Made by a program: the position numbers and the translations under genes
Assembly (NCBI GenBank): GCA_021794075.1
Contig: JAJYRM010000007.1
Location: 4,398 to 68,397, forward strand
Reading direction: 5' to 3'
DNA: 64,000 nucleotides
DNA from: Bacteroidota bacterium
Lineage (GTDB): Bacteria > Bacteroidota > Ignavibacteria > Kryptoniales > JAKASW01
Shown here: piece after piece, positions 29,852-39,969 of the stretch
Layout of the letters: each line of letters starts with the position of its first letter
How positions within the stretch are numbered: position 1 is the stretch's first letter
Notes under the pieces: generated by a model
What the model was told of the DNA's origin: nothing
The model's database searches: none
The model's input: only the letters and a program-made list of their open reading frames with translations

Positions 29852-30598
29852 GTGGTTGTCAAGGATAAACTGAAAACGCTGTATGAACTCCAGCAGGTGG
29901 ATCTCAAATTGGATGGACTGCTTGAAGAACGAGGAGATTTGCCAGCGGATGTTGAGGAACTGGAAAAGAAGATATCCACGCTGAAGGGGCAGATCAAAGA
30001 AAATGAAGAATACCTGAAGAAGGCCGTGTCGAGAAAGAAAGAGATCGATAAGGAACTCGACGAAGTTCGCAAGAGGATCGACAAGTTCACCGAGATGCGT
30101 ATCAAAGTGAAGACTAATCGAGAATATGATGCACTGAGCAAGCAGATCGATAATTCCAAGGATAAACTCCAGGAACTCCACAAGGAGCTGGAAAATATCC
30201 AGGCGAAGGAAGCAGTTGCCGGCAAGGAAGTCGAAAAGCTGAAAGCGGAATATACGGAAGAGGAACAGGTCTATTCTTCCAAGAAAGTCGAGTTGGAAGA
30301 GCTGGTCTCGCTCACCCATGACGAAGAAAAGCGGTATGTGAAAGAGAGAGAAAGATTCGCTCAGAAAATCGACCGTCAGACGTTATCGCGATACGAGATG
30401 ATCAGGAAGGCGACAAGAGGAAAAGCAATTGTCCCGGTCGTCAGACGCAACGCGTGCGGCGGCTGTTATAATGTACTGCCTCCACAGAGGCTTCTAGATC
30501 TGCGCCAAATGGACAAGATATATTCCTGCGATCATTGCGGAAGAATCCTGGTCCCGAACGAAATCGTCGAAGAAACAAATACCGACAAGGTCAGCTAG
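29852..30598 (+). CDS. coiled-coil protein with C4 zinc ribbon (DUF164 / zf-RING_7 family)
   Basis: 248 aa with a long E/K-rich coiled coil, then CGGCYNVLPPQ...CDHCGRIL. GTG start. It is the usual partner gene of NIF3. Confidence 0.85.
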   Translation: MVVKDKLKTLYELQQVDLKLDGLLEERGDLPADVEELEKKISTLKGQIKENEEYLKKAVSRKKEIDKELDEVRKRIDKFTEMRIKVKTNREYDALSKQIDNSKDKLQELHKELENIQAKEAVAGKEVEKLKAEYTEEEQVYSSKKVELEELVSLTHDEEKRYVKERERFAQKIDRQTLSRYEMIRKATRGKAIVPVVRRNACGGCYNVLPPQRLLDLRQMDKIYSCDHCGRILVPNEIVEETNTDKVS

Positions 30599-31053
30599 CG
30601 ATAAAGCCGCGGGCTCACTGATCCGCTTTATCTTCATAGTTGTTAGGTCTAACCGGCTTCTTGGTCGATAAATGACGAGTTAAGAGTGGCCAAAGACTAA
30701 AGGGAACCCTGTCGACCTTCTGCCGGTAGAATCTGGGAATAGCGATTAGCTTGCGGAATAGTCCGGCAGGTGCGAACTTGTTAAGTTGTTGGGCGGAGGG
30801 TTGGTTGTTCTGCTAATAAGTGATGCTTTCATGTGAGATTGGCCAATATGGCGATATCCTGATCGTGACACTGAAGTTTGTCGAATCATGTATAGAATGG
30901 AGCAGGAGTTGGCGTTAAGATACCCTGTAAAACATATGATATCGGGGTTTACAGCGATGGTCGCCGGTCGTACTAAGGCTCTGAGCAAAGTCATCGGAGG
31001 GCCAAGTGTTCGTCGTCGACGGTTTGAATCTGCCGACTTAGACGCGAAATTTT

Positions 31054-31447
31054 GGAGTGGGCCAGGCAGCCGCTCCGACTTCGGTCGGGGAGGAAAGTCC
31101 GGACTCCACATGGCAGCAGGCTCCGGTGCTCGCTTTGGCGAGTGTCGGAGGCGGGGTGACCCGACGGAAAGTGCCACAGAAAATATACCGCCAATCTCAC
31201 TTCGTGAGGCTGGTAAGGGTGAAAAGGTGGGGCAAGAGCCCACCGTTCCCAGTGGTGACACTGGGATGCACGGTAAACCCCCTGCGGAGCAAGACCAAGT
31301 AAGGGAGAAATTCCGGATGGACTTTGTCCATTCGGGACCGAGGCGGCCAGTCTCGGTTGACTCCCGGGTAGGTCGCTCAGATAAATGGCTGCCTCTCCTT
31401 TGCGCGAGCGAGGGAAAGACAGAATTCGGCTTATCGGCCCACTCCGC
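31054..31447 (+). ncRNA. rnpB: RNase P RNA, bacterial type A
   Basis: P1 pairs GGAGUGGGCC (31054-) with GGCCCACUCC (-31445). Universal motifs GAGGAAAGUCCGG, GGUAAGGGUGAAAAGGUGGGGCAAGAGCCCACC and ACAGAAUUCGGCUUAUCGG are present. Ends are accurate to about 5 nt. Confidence 0.95.
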
Positions 31448-31477
31448 TTATAGTTCCATCGTGAAGGGAATTGGCTT

Positions 31478-33217
31478 TTGAAATACAATTGGAAACTGCT
31501 AGAAAAAAGCGATGAAAGACTAGTGCAGGAACTTGCACGCCAGCTCGATGTGAAGCCAATACTGGCGAGACTTCTCGTACAGCGCGGCTTCGAATCTGCG
31601 GAAAAGGCAAAGTCGTTCTTCTTCTCGAGTCTTAAGGATCAGCATGATCCATTCCTCATGAACGGGATGGCTAAGGCTGTAGAAAGGGTGCTTATCGCTC
31701 TCGAGCGCTATGAGAAGATACTTGTGTACGGCGACTACGACGTCGACGGTACTACGGGCGCTGCACTCTTGTACATGTTCTTTAGGAAGCTCGGTGCCAA
31801 TGCGGAGTTTTATATACCAGATAGACTTAAAGAAGGTTATGGGATAAGCACCGCGGGGGTTGAGTTCGCCTCTGCCGGCGGGTTCACGCTTCTCGTCAGT
31901 GTCGATTGCGGAGTCGCCGCGGGTAAGGAGATCGAGTATGCCTCATCGAAGGGAATTGACACAATAGTCTGCGACCATCACGAGGTCGAAGAGACGCCTA
32001 AGGCGGTCGCGGTGCTGGACCCGATAAAACCTGGATGCGATTATCCGTTTAAGTTCTTGTCGGGCTGCGGCGTCGCTTATAAGTTTGCCAAGGCGATTTC
32101 GATTAAACTCGGCAAAGAAGAGCTTCCGGACGAATACCTAGATCTTGTGGCGATCGCGGCGGCGGCCGATGTCGTTCCTCTCGTCGGAGAGAATCGCATC
32201 CTGGTACAGGCTGGTTTCAGCGCAATATCACGACAGCCGAGAGCCGGAATAAAGGCGCTGCTCGAGAGCTCCCGGGTCGACGTTCGAAGACTCACGACCG
32301 GACAAGTGTCTTTCAACATCGCGCCTCGAATCAACGCCGTCGGACGCTTAGGCGATGCCAAACGCGCCGTCGAATTGTTGATTACGGATAACGCCGACGT
32401 CGCGGAGGAGTTTGCAGGAATACTCGACAGCGAGAACTCACATAGAAAGCTTCTTGATGAAAAGACTTTTAACGAAGCTTTCGAAGCGGCATCGCGAATT
32501 ATGGCGGAAGGCGACAGGAATTCACTGGTACTCCATAGTGAGGAGTGGCATCCGGGTGTAGTCGGAATTGTTGCATCCAGGATAGTGGAAACCTTTTACC
32601 GGCCGACCATAATGTTGGCGACAGTTGATGGCGTGGTGCGAGGTAGCGCTCGAAGCGTGGTAGGGTACGATATATTCGCGGCGATACGAGAATGTTCCGA
32701 TCTGCTTACTCAGTTCGGTGGGCACAAAGTCGCGGCGGGTCTTGCCCTCCTCCCTGAAAACCTATCGAAGTTTATCGAAAAGTTCGAAAAGGTGGTGTCG
32801 CGGACTCTGAGCGAAGAGTTGAAAACGCCGGTCATCTCGATTGATTCAGATCTGGATCTTGGAGATGTTAGCAGCGATTTCATGAAGACGCTGAAGCTGT
32901 TCGAGCCGTTCGGCCCTCAGAATTCGAAGCCGGTTTTCCGAACTTCGAATGTCTACCTGGCCGACGCGAGGATAGTCGGAAGTTCCCATCTGAAAATGAA
33001 GTTGCGATCTAACGGTTTGACGTTCGACGCGATAAAATTCAGGAATGGTGATAGTAACGTAAAAAGAGGGAGCAGGCTGGATATTGTTTATTCGGTTGAT
33101 GAAAATCACTATGCAGGTAATGTATATTATCAGCTACAATTAAAGGATTTTAGAAACTCATCCGGCTTTGAAGATGCCACCGGGCAGAAGGCCGGAGAAG
33201 AAAGCGTAGGAGGTTGA
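31478..33217 (+). CDS. recJ: single-stranded-DNA-specific exonuclease RecJ
   Basis: 579 aa with DHH motifs (VYGDYDVDGTT, DCG, CDHH) and a DHHA1 domain (GGHKVAAG). TTG start. The next in-frame Met lies more than 60 codons downstream. Confidence 0.93.
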   Translation: MKYNWKLLEKSDERLVQELARQLDVKPILARLLVQRGFESAEKAKSFFFSSLKDQHDPFLMNGMAKAVERVLIALERYEKILVYGDYDVDGTTGAALLYMFFRKLGANAEFYIPDRLKEGYGISTAGVEFASAGGFTLLVSVDCGVAAGKEIEYASSKGIDTIVCDHHEVEETPKAVAVLDPIKPGCDYPFKFLSGCGVAYKFAKAISIKLGKEELPDEYLDLVAIAAAADVVPLVGENRILVQAGFSAISRQPRAGIKALLESSRVDVRRLTTGQVSFNIAPRINAVGRLGDAKRAVELLITDNADVAEEFAGILDSENSHRKLLDEKTFNEAFEAASRIMAEGDRNSLVLHSEEWHPGVVGIVASRIVETFYRPTIMLATVDGVVRGSARSVVGYDIFAAIRECSDLLTQFGGHKVAAGLALLPENLSKFIEKFEKVVSRTLSEELKTPVISIDSDLDLGDVSSDFMKTLKLFEPFGPQNSKPVFRTSNVYLADARIVGSSHLKMKLRSNGLTFDAIKFRNGDSNVKRGSRLDIVYSVDENHYAGNVYYQLQLKDFRNSSGFEDATGQKAGEESVGG

Positions 33218-33220
33218 AAA

Positions 33221-33970
33221 ATGTCCGGACATAATAAATGGGCCAAGATTAAACACAAGAAGGCGGGCACGGATGCGCAAAGAGGGAAACTCTTTAGCCG
33301 GCTCATTAAAGAAATAACGATTGCCGCAAGGAGTGGTGGAGGCGACGTCAACGGCAATCCCCGCCTGAGACTCGCTGTTCAGACTGCCAAGGACAACAAC
33401 ATGCCTGCCGACAACATCAAGCGAGCCATTCAACGCGGAACTGGAGAACTGCCCGGCGTGCAGTACGAAGAAATTACGTATGAAGGATACGGACCGGGCG
33501 GCGTGGCTCTAATGATCGAACTAGTCACTGACAACAAGAACAGGACGGTTGCGGAACTTCGTCATCTGCTGGATCGGAACAACGGCAAGCTCGCTGAGGC
33601 TGGATCGGTCGCATGGATGTTTCAGAAGAAAGGCGGCATCGAAGTCCCGAAGTCCGCTATCGGTGAAGAGGATCTGCTGAACATTATACTCGAGGCTGGT
33701 GCCGACGATATGAGCGTTGAGGACGATTATTATGATATCACGACGTCGTTCGAAGCGTTTGAACCCGTTAAGAAGGCGATTGAAGACAAGGGGCTCAAAA
33801 TGAACAACGCAACGGTTCAGATGCTTCCCCAGAACACCATCAAGGTCGAAGGGAAAGAAGCGGAGCAGGTGCTCAGGCTGATGGAAGCGCTCGAAGAGCA
33901 CGACGACGTTCAAAACGTTTACGCGAACTTCGATATAGACGACAGCGTCCTGGCACAATTGAACCAGTGA
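33221..33970 (+). CDS. yebC: YebC/PmpR family DNA-binding transcriptional regulator
   Basis: 249 aa starting MSGHNKWAKIKHKK, with YEGYGPGGVA. Confidence 0.93.
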   Translation: MSGHNKWAKIKHKKAGTDAQRGKLFSRLIKEITIAARSGGGDVNGNPRLRLAVQTAKDNNMPADNIKRAIQRGTGELPGVQYEEITYEGYGPGGVALMIELVTDNKNRTVAELRHLLDRNNGKLAEAGSVAWMFQKKGGIEVPKSAIGEEDLLNIILEAGADDMSVEDDYYDITTSFEAFEPVKKAIEDKGLKMNNATVQMLPQNTIKVEGKEAEQVLRLMEALEEHDDVQNVYANFDIDDSVLAQLNQ

Positions 33971-34530
33971 TTATCCTTGGCATCGATCCCGGATCGCGCA
34001 AGACCGGGTTTGCCGTTATTGAATGTGAGGGAAATCGAAGATCGGTAATCGACTTCGGGACGATTTTCCTGACGGAAAAGAAATCGATGCCAGAGAAACT
34101 TGTGCGGATATTCGATGAAGTCGGAGGGCTCTTCCGGAAATTCGAAATAGCCACGGTGGCTGTCGAAGCGGGATATTATGGAAAGAACGCACAGAGCGCG
34201 TACAAGCTCGGTTACGCTCGAAGCGCGGCCGTTCTAGCCGCGGCGGTGGAAAGAGTTGAAGTTGTGGAGTACTCCCCGAGAAAAGTAAAGCAGGCGGTGA
34301 CGGGCAATGGGAACGCTTCAAAACCTCAAGTGATGTACATGGTGAAGAAGCTTTTGTCCGGAGCGGAAGGATTATCGCTTCGTGAAGACGAGGCGGATGC
34401 CTTCGCCGTCGCAATATGTCACGCGCAAAATTCAGGTGGAGCCAAAGGCGGGTACAGGAACTGGAAAGAGTTTGTCGCCAAGAATAGTCACATGGTTGTC
34501 AAGCGTGGCAGCTTGAGGCGAGTGAAATGA
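33967..34530 (+). CDS. ruvC: crossover junction endodeoxyribonuclease RuvC
   Basis: 187 aa starting IILGIDPGSRKTGF, with EADAFAVAICH. GTG start overlaps the yebC stop. Confidence 0.92.
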   Translation: MIILGIDPGSRKTGFAVIECEGNRRSVIDFGTIFLTEKKSMPEKLVRIFDEVGGLFRKFEIATVAVEAGYYGKNAQSAYKLGYARSAAVLAAAVERVEVVEYSPRKVKQAVTGNGNASKPQVMYMVKKLLSGAEGLSLREDEADAFAVAICHAQNSGGAKGGYRNWKEFVAKNSHMVVKRGSLRRVK

Positions 34531-35123
34531 TTTACGGATTGAGAGGAAAGCTCGCGGCAAAGGGTACAGCCTCCATCGCGATTGATGTGGGTGGCGTTTC
34601 CTATGAGGTGAATATCCCAGTCTCGACTTACGATGCCGTGGGCAGCTTGGGCGAAGAGGTGGCAGTGTTTACTGTCATGGTAGTTAGAGAAGATGATATG
34701 CAGTTGTACGGTTTCGCAACCGAAGATGAACGGAGGTTATTCAAACTTCTCATCGGAGTAAACGGCATTGGCCCAAAGACCGCTCTTGGCGTCCTCTCTT
34801 CTGCTAGCGTGGCGGACATCTATGGATTCATATCAAATTCAAATACAAGCGCATTGACCGCGGTGCCGGGGATAGGACGAAAGACCGCGGAACGGATGGT
34901 CCTTGAACTTCGCGACAAAATCGGACGGATCGAGCTTTCAGTACAGGGTGAAGCTATCGAAGGAAAGGAAGAGATAAGATCGGGGGCGGTGGAAGCCTTG
35001 GTCGCCCTAGGTTATTCCAGAATGCAGTGCGAACGGGCAGTCCGGGAAGTTTTGAAGCGGGATGCTTCGACGGGGAACTCCGTGGAAGAGCTCGTCAGAG
35101 CCGCGTTAAAAGAGGTCAAATAG
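34527..35123 (+). CDS. ruvA: Holliday junction branch migration protein RuvA
   Basis: 198 aa with an OB fold, two HhH motifs (VNGIGPKTA, VPGIGRKTAERM) and a C-terminal domain III. Confidence 0.92.
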   Translation: MIYGLRGKLAAKGTASIAIDVGGVSYEVNIPVSTYDAVGSLGEEVAVFTVMVVREDDMQLYGFATEDERRLFKLLIGVNGIGPKTALGVLSSASVADIYGFISNSNTSALTAVPGIGRKTAERMVLELRDKIGRIELSVQGEAIEGKEEIRSGAVEALVALGYSRMQCERAVREVLKRDASTGNSVEELVRAALKEVK

Positions 35124-35360
35124 TCAGCAATGCGGGAGTGCATTTATAGCTCGATGTTCCCGGAGAACCAGCCGATATAGTTCCTTTCTTCAATCCTCAT
35201 TTAAGATTTTATGTGCCGAAGAGAATTTGCACTTCGGAGAGAGACGGAATAAATTATCGCGACCTCGATATGCGGTTACTGGCATTGAACCTTTGATGCA
35301 CCACGGATTATTCCGTAGTTAAAACCAACCTTACAATACATTTGAGGAGATGCTAATCGT

Positions 35361-36617
35361 ATGGAACAGTCCACTTACAAGATTTACGGCTACAGATGGC
35401 TCATACTGGTGGTATTCATGCTGGTGGCGGCTTTCAACCAGCTCGTATGGATCACCTTCGCTCCGATAACGGAAGCCTCGGCGGCTTACTATCATGTGTC
35501 TCAACTCGATATCGGCTTATTGTCGATGAGCTTCATGATCGCGTTTCTGATTTTCTCGATACCGGCGTCATGGGTGATAGATACATACGGATTCCGCGTG
35601 GCGGTAGGAATAGGCGCCGCGCTGACCGGAATCTTCGGTCTTATGCGCGGCCTAGTCTCCTCGAATTTCACACTGGTGATGATAGCGCAAATCGGAACAG
35701 CCGTCGGACAGCCGTTCATCCTGAACGCAGTCACGAAGATCGCCGCGCGATGGTTCCCGATAGAAGAGCGAGCTACAGCTTCAGGTTTAGGATCTCTGGC
35801 AATGTACCTTGGAATACTTGCTGGACTCGCTTTGACGCCGGCGCTAGCGCTTGGCGCAGGGTTCTCTAACATGCTTCTGTATTACGGAATCGGTTCGGTT
35901 GTAGCCGCGATACTCTTCATAATCTTCGCGCGCGAGCATCCCGCGACCCCTCCCGGTCCGGTCGAGCTTGAAGAACGGGCTTTGATGTTCGATGGTTTAA
36001 AACAAATCTTGAAGAACAAGAATTTTATTCTTCTCATGTCGGTCTTCTTTATCGGGCTCGGGGTTTTCAACAGCGTCACGACCTGGATTGAAGATATAAT
36101 AAGTCCTCGCGGCTTCACGGCGACGCAGGCTGGGACGGCTGGTGGTCTTATGATCGTCGGGGGCATCATTGGCGCGGTTATACTTCCCACTCTTTCTGAC
36201 AAATACCGAAAACGGGTTCCGTTTATATTAATCGGCCTTGCCGGTACAATACCCGGTTTGTTGGGCATAACTTACGCGACGACGTCTGGGTTATTGTACG
36301 CCGCATCGTTTGCTCTTGGATTTTTCCTGCTTAGCGCGGGCCCTATTGGCTTCCAGTATGGCGCGGAGATCGGAAGGCCGACTCCGGAAGGTACTTCGAA
36401 CGGTCTCCTTTTTCTCATGGGGAACGCTTCTGGTATTGTCTTCATTTTTGCCATGGACGCATTCAGATTCGGTCCCGACGGTTCCATGACGCCTTCGCTG
36501 CTGGTGATGACAGGACTTGTTGCCTTCAGCTTTTTCCTCGCGATGAGACTGCGGGAATCGACGCTCGTTGGCAAGGTCGAATCACAAACTGAGCAGGCCC
36601 CTGAAGTGTCGAAGTAA
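35361..36617 (+). CDS. MFS transporter
   Basis: 418 aa with 12 predicted helices and MFS-like loop motifs. Confidence 0.8.
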   Translation: MEQSTYKIYGYRWLILVVFMLVAAFNQLVWITFAPITEASAAYYHVSQLDIGLLSMSFMIAFLIFSIPASWVIDTYGFRVAVGIGAALTGIFGLMRGLVSSNFTLVMIAQIGTAVGQPFILNAVTKIAARWFPIEERATASGLGSLAMYLGILAGLALTPALALGAGFSNMLLYYGIGSVVAAILFIIFAREHPATPPGPVELEERALMFDGLKQILKNKNFILLMSVFFIGLGVFNSVTTWIEDIISPRGFTATQAGTAGGLMIVGGIIGAVILPTLSDKYRKRVPFILIGLAGTIPGLLGITYATTSGLLYAASFALGFFLLSAGPIGFQYGAEIGRPTPEGTSNGLLFLMGNASGIVFIFAMDAFRFGPDGSMTPSLLVMTGLVAFSFFLAMRLRESTLVGKVESQTEQAPEVSK

Positions 36618-36677
36618 TTCATAGCTCCTTAGGAAGCTTCGGGACTTCTCTAACTCGAATGAGCATGAGGTGAAGTC

Positions 36678-39600
36678 ATGAAATTCTTGAATGGGTTGTC
36701 CGCTTTTGCGGTCATTGCTATTCTTCTTGTCACGTCCGTTTCTGGGTATGGGAAAACCGTCGTGTTCTTCCAAAACGGTTTTCCCTCTGTTGATAATGGA
36801 CAGATTGACCGCGAGACATTGGAAGAAGCTCTCGCTTCGATGCATCCGGTCTTCGCGAATAGCAACAGCCTTTCAACCGTTCTGGCGCCCGGCGATCTGC
36901 TTGTACTTCCTTACGGCTCCGCCTTTCCTGCGGACGCATGGCCGGCGATCGAGAAACAGATCCACGACGGAAACCTGCTCGTGATAGGAGGACGTCCGCT
37001 GTACGTGCCGGTTTACCGGAATGGCGGCGGCTGGCGTGAGGGAAACCCGCAGGACAGCTACTCAAAGGTTTTGGGTATTATGTATTCGTATCCGGCACCC
37101 CAACACGGGCCGTGGAAGTTGCAGTGGGATATTGACGCACCTTTTTTTAATGTAAAGAAGCTCGTGGCTCGTAAAGTATTTGTAAACGCGGGACTCGGCG
37201 GAATGTATCGTGGGTTGGGTTTCATGGTCGATGCAAAAGGCAGCCGCCTTGCCGCGCCCGTTGTCGCTGACGATCGGGTCGGGCTTGGGCCCCCCACCCG
37301 TGAGGTGTTCCTGAGTTTCGACGGTGCCGATAGCTATTGGGTGTCGAAAGAGGGAAAAATGCTCATCGAGAAGGGAGCACAGTACGCATCGTTCGGTGGT
37401 GTAAGGCTCTATATCGACATGTCTTCACTTTCGCTCGATCCCGGAGACCGTGTCGCTGGATCGGTTAGTGTTCTGCGTGAAGGGAGGTCTGCCGAACTCA
37501 CTCTTGAAATACTCTACGGTTCGAAGATGGTACAGAAGAGAATCATGCAATGCGGAGACTATCTCCACGCAGCCCTTGGTTTTACCAGTCGTCTTACGAA
37601 ACCCGGGATTTACACCGTCAGGGCTGTGCTTTCTTTTGATGATACAGTCTTCGATCAGTACACTTCTGGAGTAGAGGTTCGGCAGCCGGGTCTTATCGAA
37701 TCCGGAGAGGGAATTACTGCTGGACATAATTACTTCCGACTAAGCGACAAACCCTTTCTGCCAGTCGGGGTGAACTATTTTTCAACAGATCCATACGGGC
37801 GCGCGTTCTTCGTCGGGCAAAGCATCGGCGGCAATCCATATGTATGGGAGCACGACTTTGCCGCCATGGAAAGGGCGGGCTTCACGATGGTCAGAACTGG
37901 AATCTGGGCAAATCGCTTTCGTTACCTCGAAGAGGTTGGAGGAGCTGCCAACGAACGGCTGCTTGACGCCATCGAGGCGTATCTTGACGCTGCCGCCCGT
38001 CATCACATGCAAGTGATCTTCACTTTTTTCGCCTTCAATCCGGGCGGTGAGTTCGGGAGAGGTCCCGGTGGTGTGAATGAGGACAGTTACAACGCGTACA
38101 TGAACCCTGCGGCGATTGAGCAAGAGGCTGCTTACCTCCGTTCCATCGTGTCACGGTTTAAGGATGTCCCTTTCCTGAGCTATGATCTGATCAATGAACC
38201 AAGCTTCGCGAATCCCGCTCATATCTGGAAGGGAAATTCACCAACCAAGGATCCTGTGGAGAAAGAGGCCTGGCAGCGATGGCTTAAGTCTAGGTATGGC
38301 ACGATAGACAGTCTTGCCCATCCGTGGCATGTAGATCCGGCATCACTCGGGAAATTTGAGAATGTACCTCTACCGTCATTCGCGGATTTGCAATTGACGC
38401 GCGACAACAACTCGATGAACGTCCGCGCGGTTGATTACAACCTATTCGCTCAGTACGCGTTCAACCGATGGGCGAATGACATGATCAAAACGATCCGTTC
38501 GGCTGGCTCCAACCAAATCGTTGCGGTTGGTCAGGACGAAGGAGGTGTCACTAACAGGCTGCTCGACCAGTTCATCGCTTCCGGCACGGATGTCACTTAC
38601 ACAGTCAACCACACCTGGTGGCAGGACAATGCGCTCTTATGGGATTCGGTTGTTCCGAAGAGTCCTTATAAGCCAAATCTCGTGGAGGAGACCGGACCGC
38701 AGCCCGTATGGTCGTTAGATGGTACGTGGCGCCTCGACGACATGAACGGTTTTGGGCTCGAAGAACGGAAGCTGGTCCTCGCGTTTGCCAATGCGGGCGC
38801 GGGAGTACTCCACTGGGACTGGACTCACAGCGACGATTTCGGTTTGATGCGCCGAGACGGTTCGCAGAAGGTGTGGTTCCAAGCGTTGGAGGGCGTGGCG
38901 AAGTTCGCGCATGAAGCCGAACCGTATGCACGTAATGCGAAACTCCCTCAGATAGCTTTGGTTTTGCCCCAATCGCTGCAACTTTCAATGTTTAATGAAT
39001 ATTCGATCAAGGCACAGCAGGAAGCTGTGCGCGCCTTGTATCAGTACGCGCGCGGTACTGCTTTTGCTGTTGGAGAATACCAGCTTGCGCACATGCCGGA
39101 TGCGAAGCTCATTATCGTTCCATCACCGTGGGTGTTTAACCAGACGTCGTGGGAGGAGCTGATGATGAAGGTAAAGGATGGCTCAACCCTACTAATTTCG
39201 GGAAGAGTCGATGCCGATGAGCACTGGAATTCCGTCCCATCACGCACAAGTCCGTGGGAAGTGGGGTATTCTGAAGAAGCACTGCGGACGCGTTATGCGG
39301 ATATATCCTGGCCCGGTGACTCTGCCAGGCTATGCTATCCTGGCGACGAAACCACCTACCTTGATAGAGGCGTGCTTGCTGACGGGAAAACATTCGCTGA
39401 AATCCACTTCGGCAAAGGACGGATACTTTATTTTGCGCTCCCGCTGGAAATGTCGAAGGATCTTTCTGTGATAGGAAACGTGTACAGGTTCGCGATGGAA
39501 AAAGCTGGTGTTGAAGAACCATATTCAACCACTTGCTCAAATCCGGGTTTCTTGATTGCGCCGACACAGCTTCGCGATGCCACTCTGTACGTCTTAACGT

Positions 39601-39752
39601 CTGAAACTTCCAGTGAGACTCCGATACACTTCCGAGACGCGATGAGCGGCGCAGAAATTACGGTCGACATTCTCCCTGGAAGAGGCGCGTTGCTGCTTGT
39701 CGGAAAGGATGGAAAGGTACTCGCCTCTTACAACATAAGGGGAAAAGACTGA
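36678..39752 (+). CDS. secreted multidomain glycoside-hydrolase-like protein (clan GH-A TIM barrel flanked by GATase1-like domains)
   Basis: 1024 aa with a signal peptide MKFLNGLSAFAVIAILLVTSVSG. The central region has MVRTGIW and YDLINEPSF (NEP acid/base motif). A GH42-type C-terminal module reads KLIIVPSPWV...DGSTLLISGR. Confidence 0.7.
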   Translation: MKFLNGLSAFAVIAILLVTSVSGYGKTVVFFQNGFPSVDNGQIDRETLEEALASMHPVFANSNSLSTVLAPGDLLVLPYGSAFPADAWPAIEKQIHDGNLLVIGGRPLYVPVYRNGGGWREGNPQDSYSKVLGIMYSYPAPQHGPWKLQWDIDAPFFNVKKLVARKVFVNAGLGGMYRGLGFMVDAKGSRLAAPVVADDRVGLGPPTREVFLSFDGADSYWVSKEGKMLIEKGAQYASFGGVRLYIDMSSLSLDPGDRVAGSVSVLREGRSAELTLEILYGSKMVQKRIMQCGDYLHAALGFTSRLTKPGIYTVRAVLSFDDTVFDQYTSGVEVRQPGLIESGEGITAGHNYFRLSDKPFLPVGVNYFSTDPYGRAFFVGQSIGGNPYVWEHDFAAMERAGFTMVRTGIWANRFRYLEEVGGAANERLLDAIEAYLDAAARHHMQVIFTFFAFNPGGEFGRGPGGVNEDSYNAYMNPAAIEQEAAYLRSIVSRFKDVPFLSYDLINEPSFANPAHIWKGNSPTKDPVEKEAWQRWLKSRYGTIDSLAHPWHVDPASLGKFENVPLPSFADLQLTRDNNSMNVRAVDYNLFAQYAFNRWANDMIKTIRSAGSNQIVAVGQDEGGVTNRLLDQFIASGTDVTYTVNHTWWQDNALLWDSVVPKSPYKPNLVEETGPQPVWSLDGTWRLDDMNGFGLEERKLVLAFANAGAGVLHWDWTHSDDFGLMRRDGSQKVWFQALEGVAKFAHEAEPYARNAKLPQIALVLPQSLQLSMFNEYSIKAQQEAVRALYQYARGTAFAVGEYQLAHMPDAKLIIVPSPWVFNQTSWEELMMKVKDGSTLLISGRVDADEHWNSVPSRTSPWEVGYSEEALRTRYADISWPGDSARLCYPGDETTYLDRGVLADGKTFAEIHFGKGRILYFALPLEMSKDLSVIGNVYRFAMEKAGVEEPYSTTCSNPGFLIAPTQLRDATLYVLTSETSSETPIHFRDAMSGAEITVDILPGRGALLLVGKDGKVLASYNIRGKD

Positions 39753-39969
39753 GGCCCTTTCCGTTGTGTGAATAACGGAACCATGTTGACGCGATATAGG
39801 CGATCATCGTCGAATAGAAGCTGGAATGGCGTGCTTGCCTATGTGGTTAAGTATTCGGCTTACAGGAAGGCCATGATGCTCTAGATGTCATGGTAGACTG
39901 TGAAGGGGTTGTATCCGTGCGTCCGGGTGCGTAAAATTGTTCCGTCAGAGATCAGGAGGTGTCTTGAAA

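Noticed and set aside
29795-30319. 174-aa and 131-aa minus-strand ORFs rich in F/L/I (LFQLDFLGRIDLFLFRIFRF...)
   Set aside because: They are the reverse-complement shadow of the E/K-rich coiled-coil codons (GAA/AAG/GAG) of the zinc-ribbon protein on the plus strand, so they are not independent genes.
30746-31488. ORFs of 165-197 aa on both strands (30746..31261 -, 30888..31481 +, 30991..31488 -)
   Set aside because: They overlap, or are antisense to, a textbook RNase P RNA (31054-31447). Their translations are low-complexity and Arg/Gly/Ser/Pro-rich with no family resemblance.
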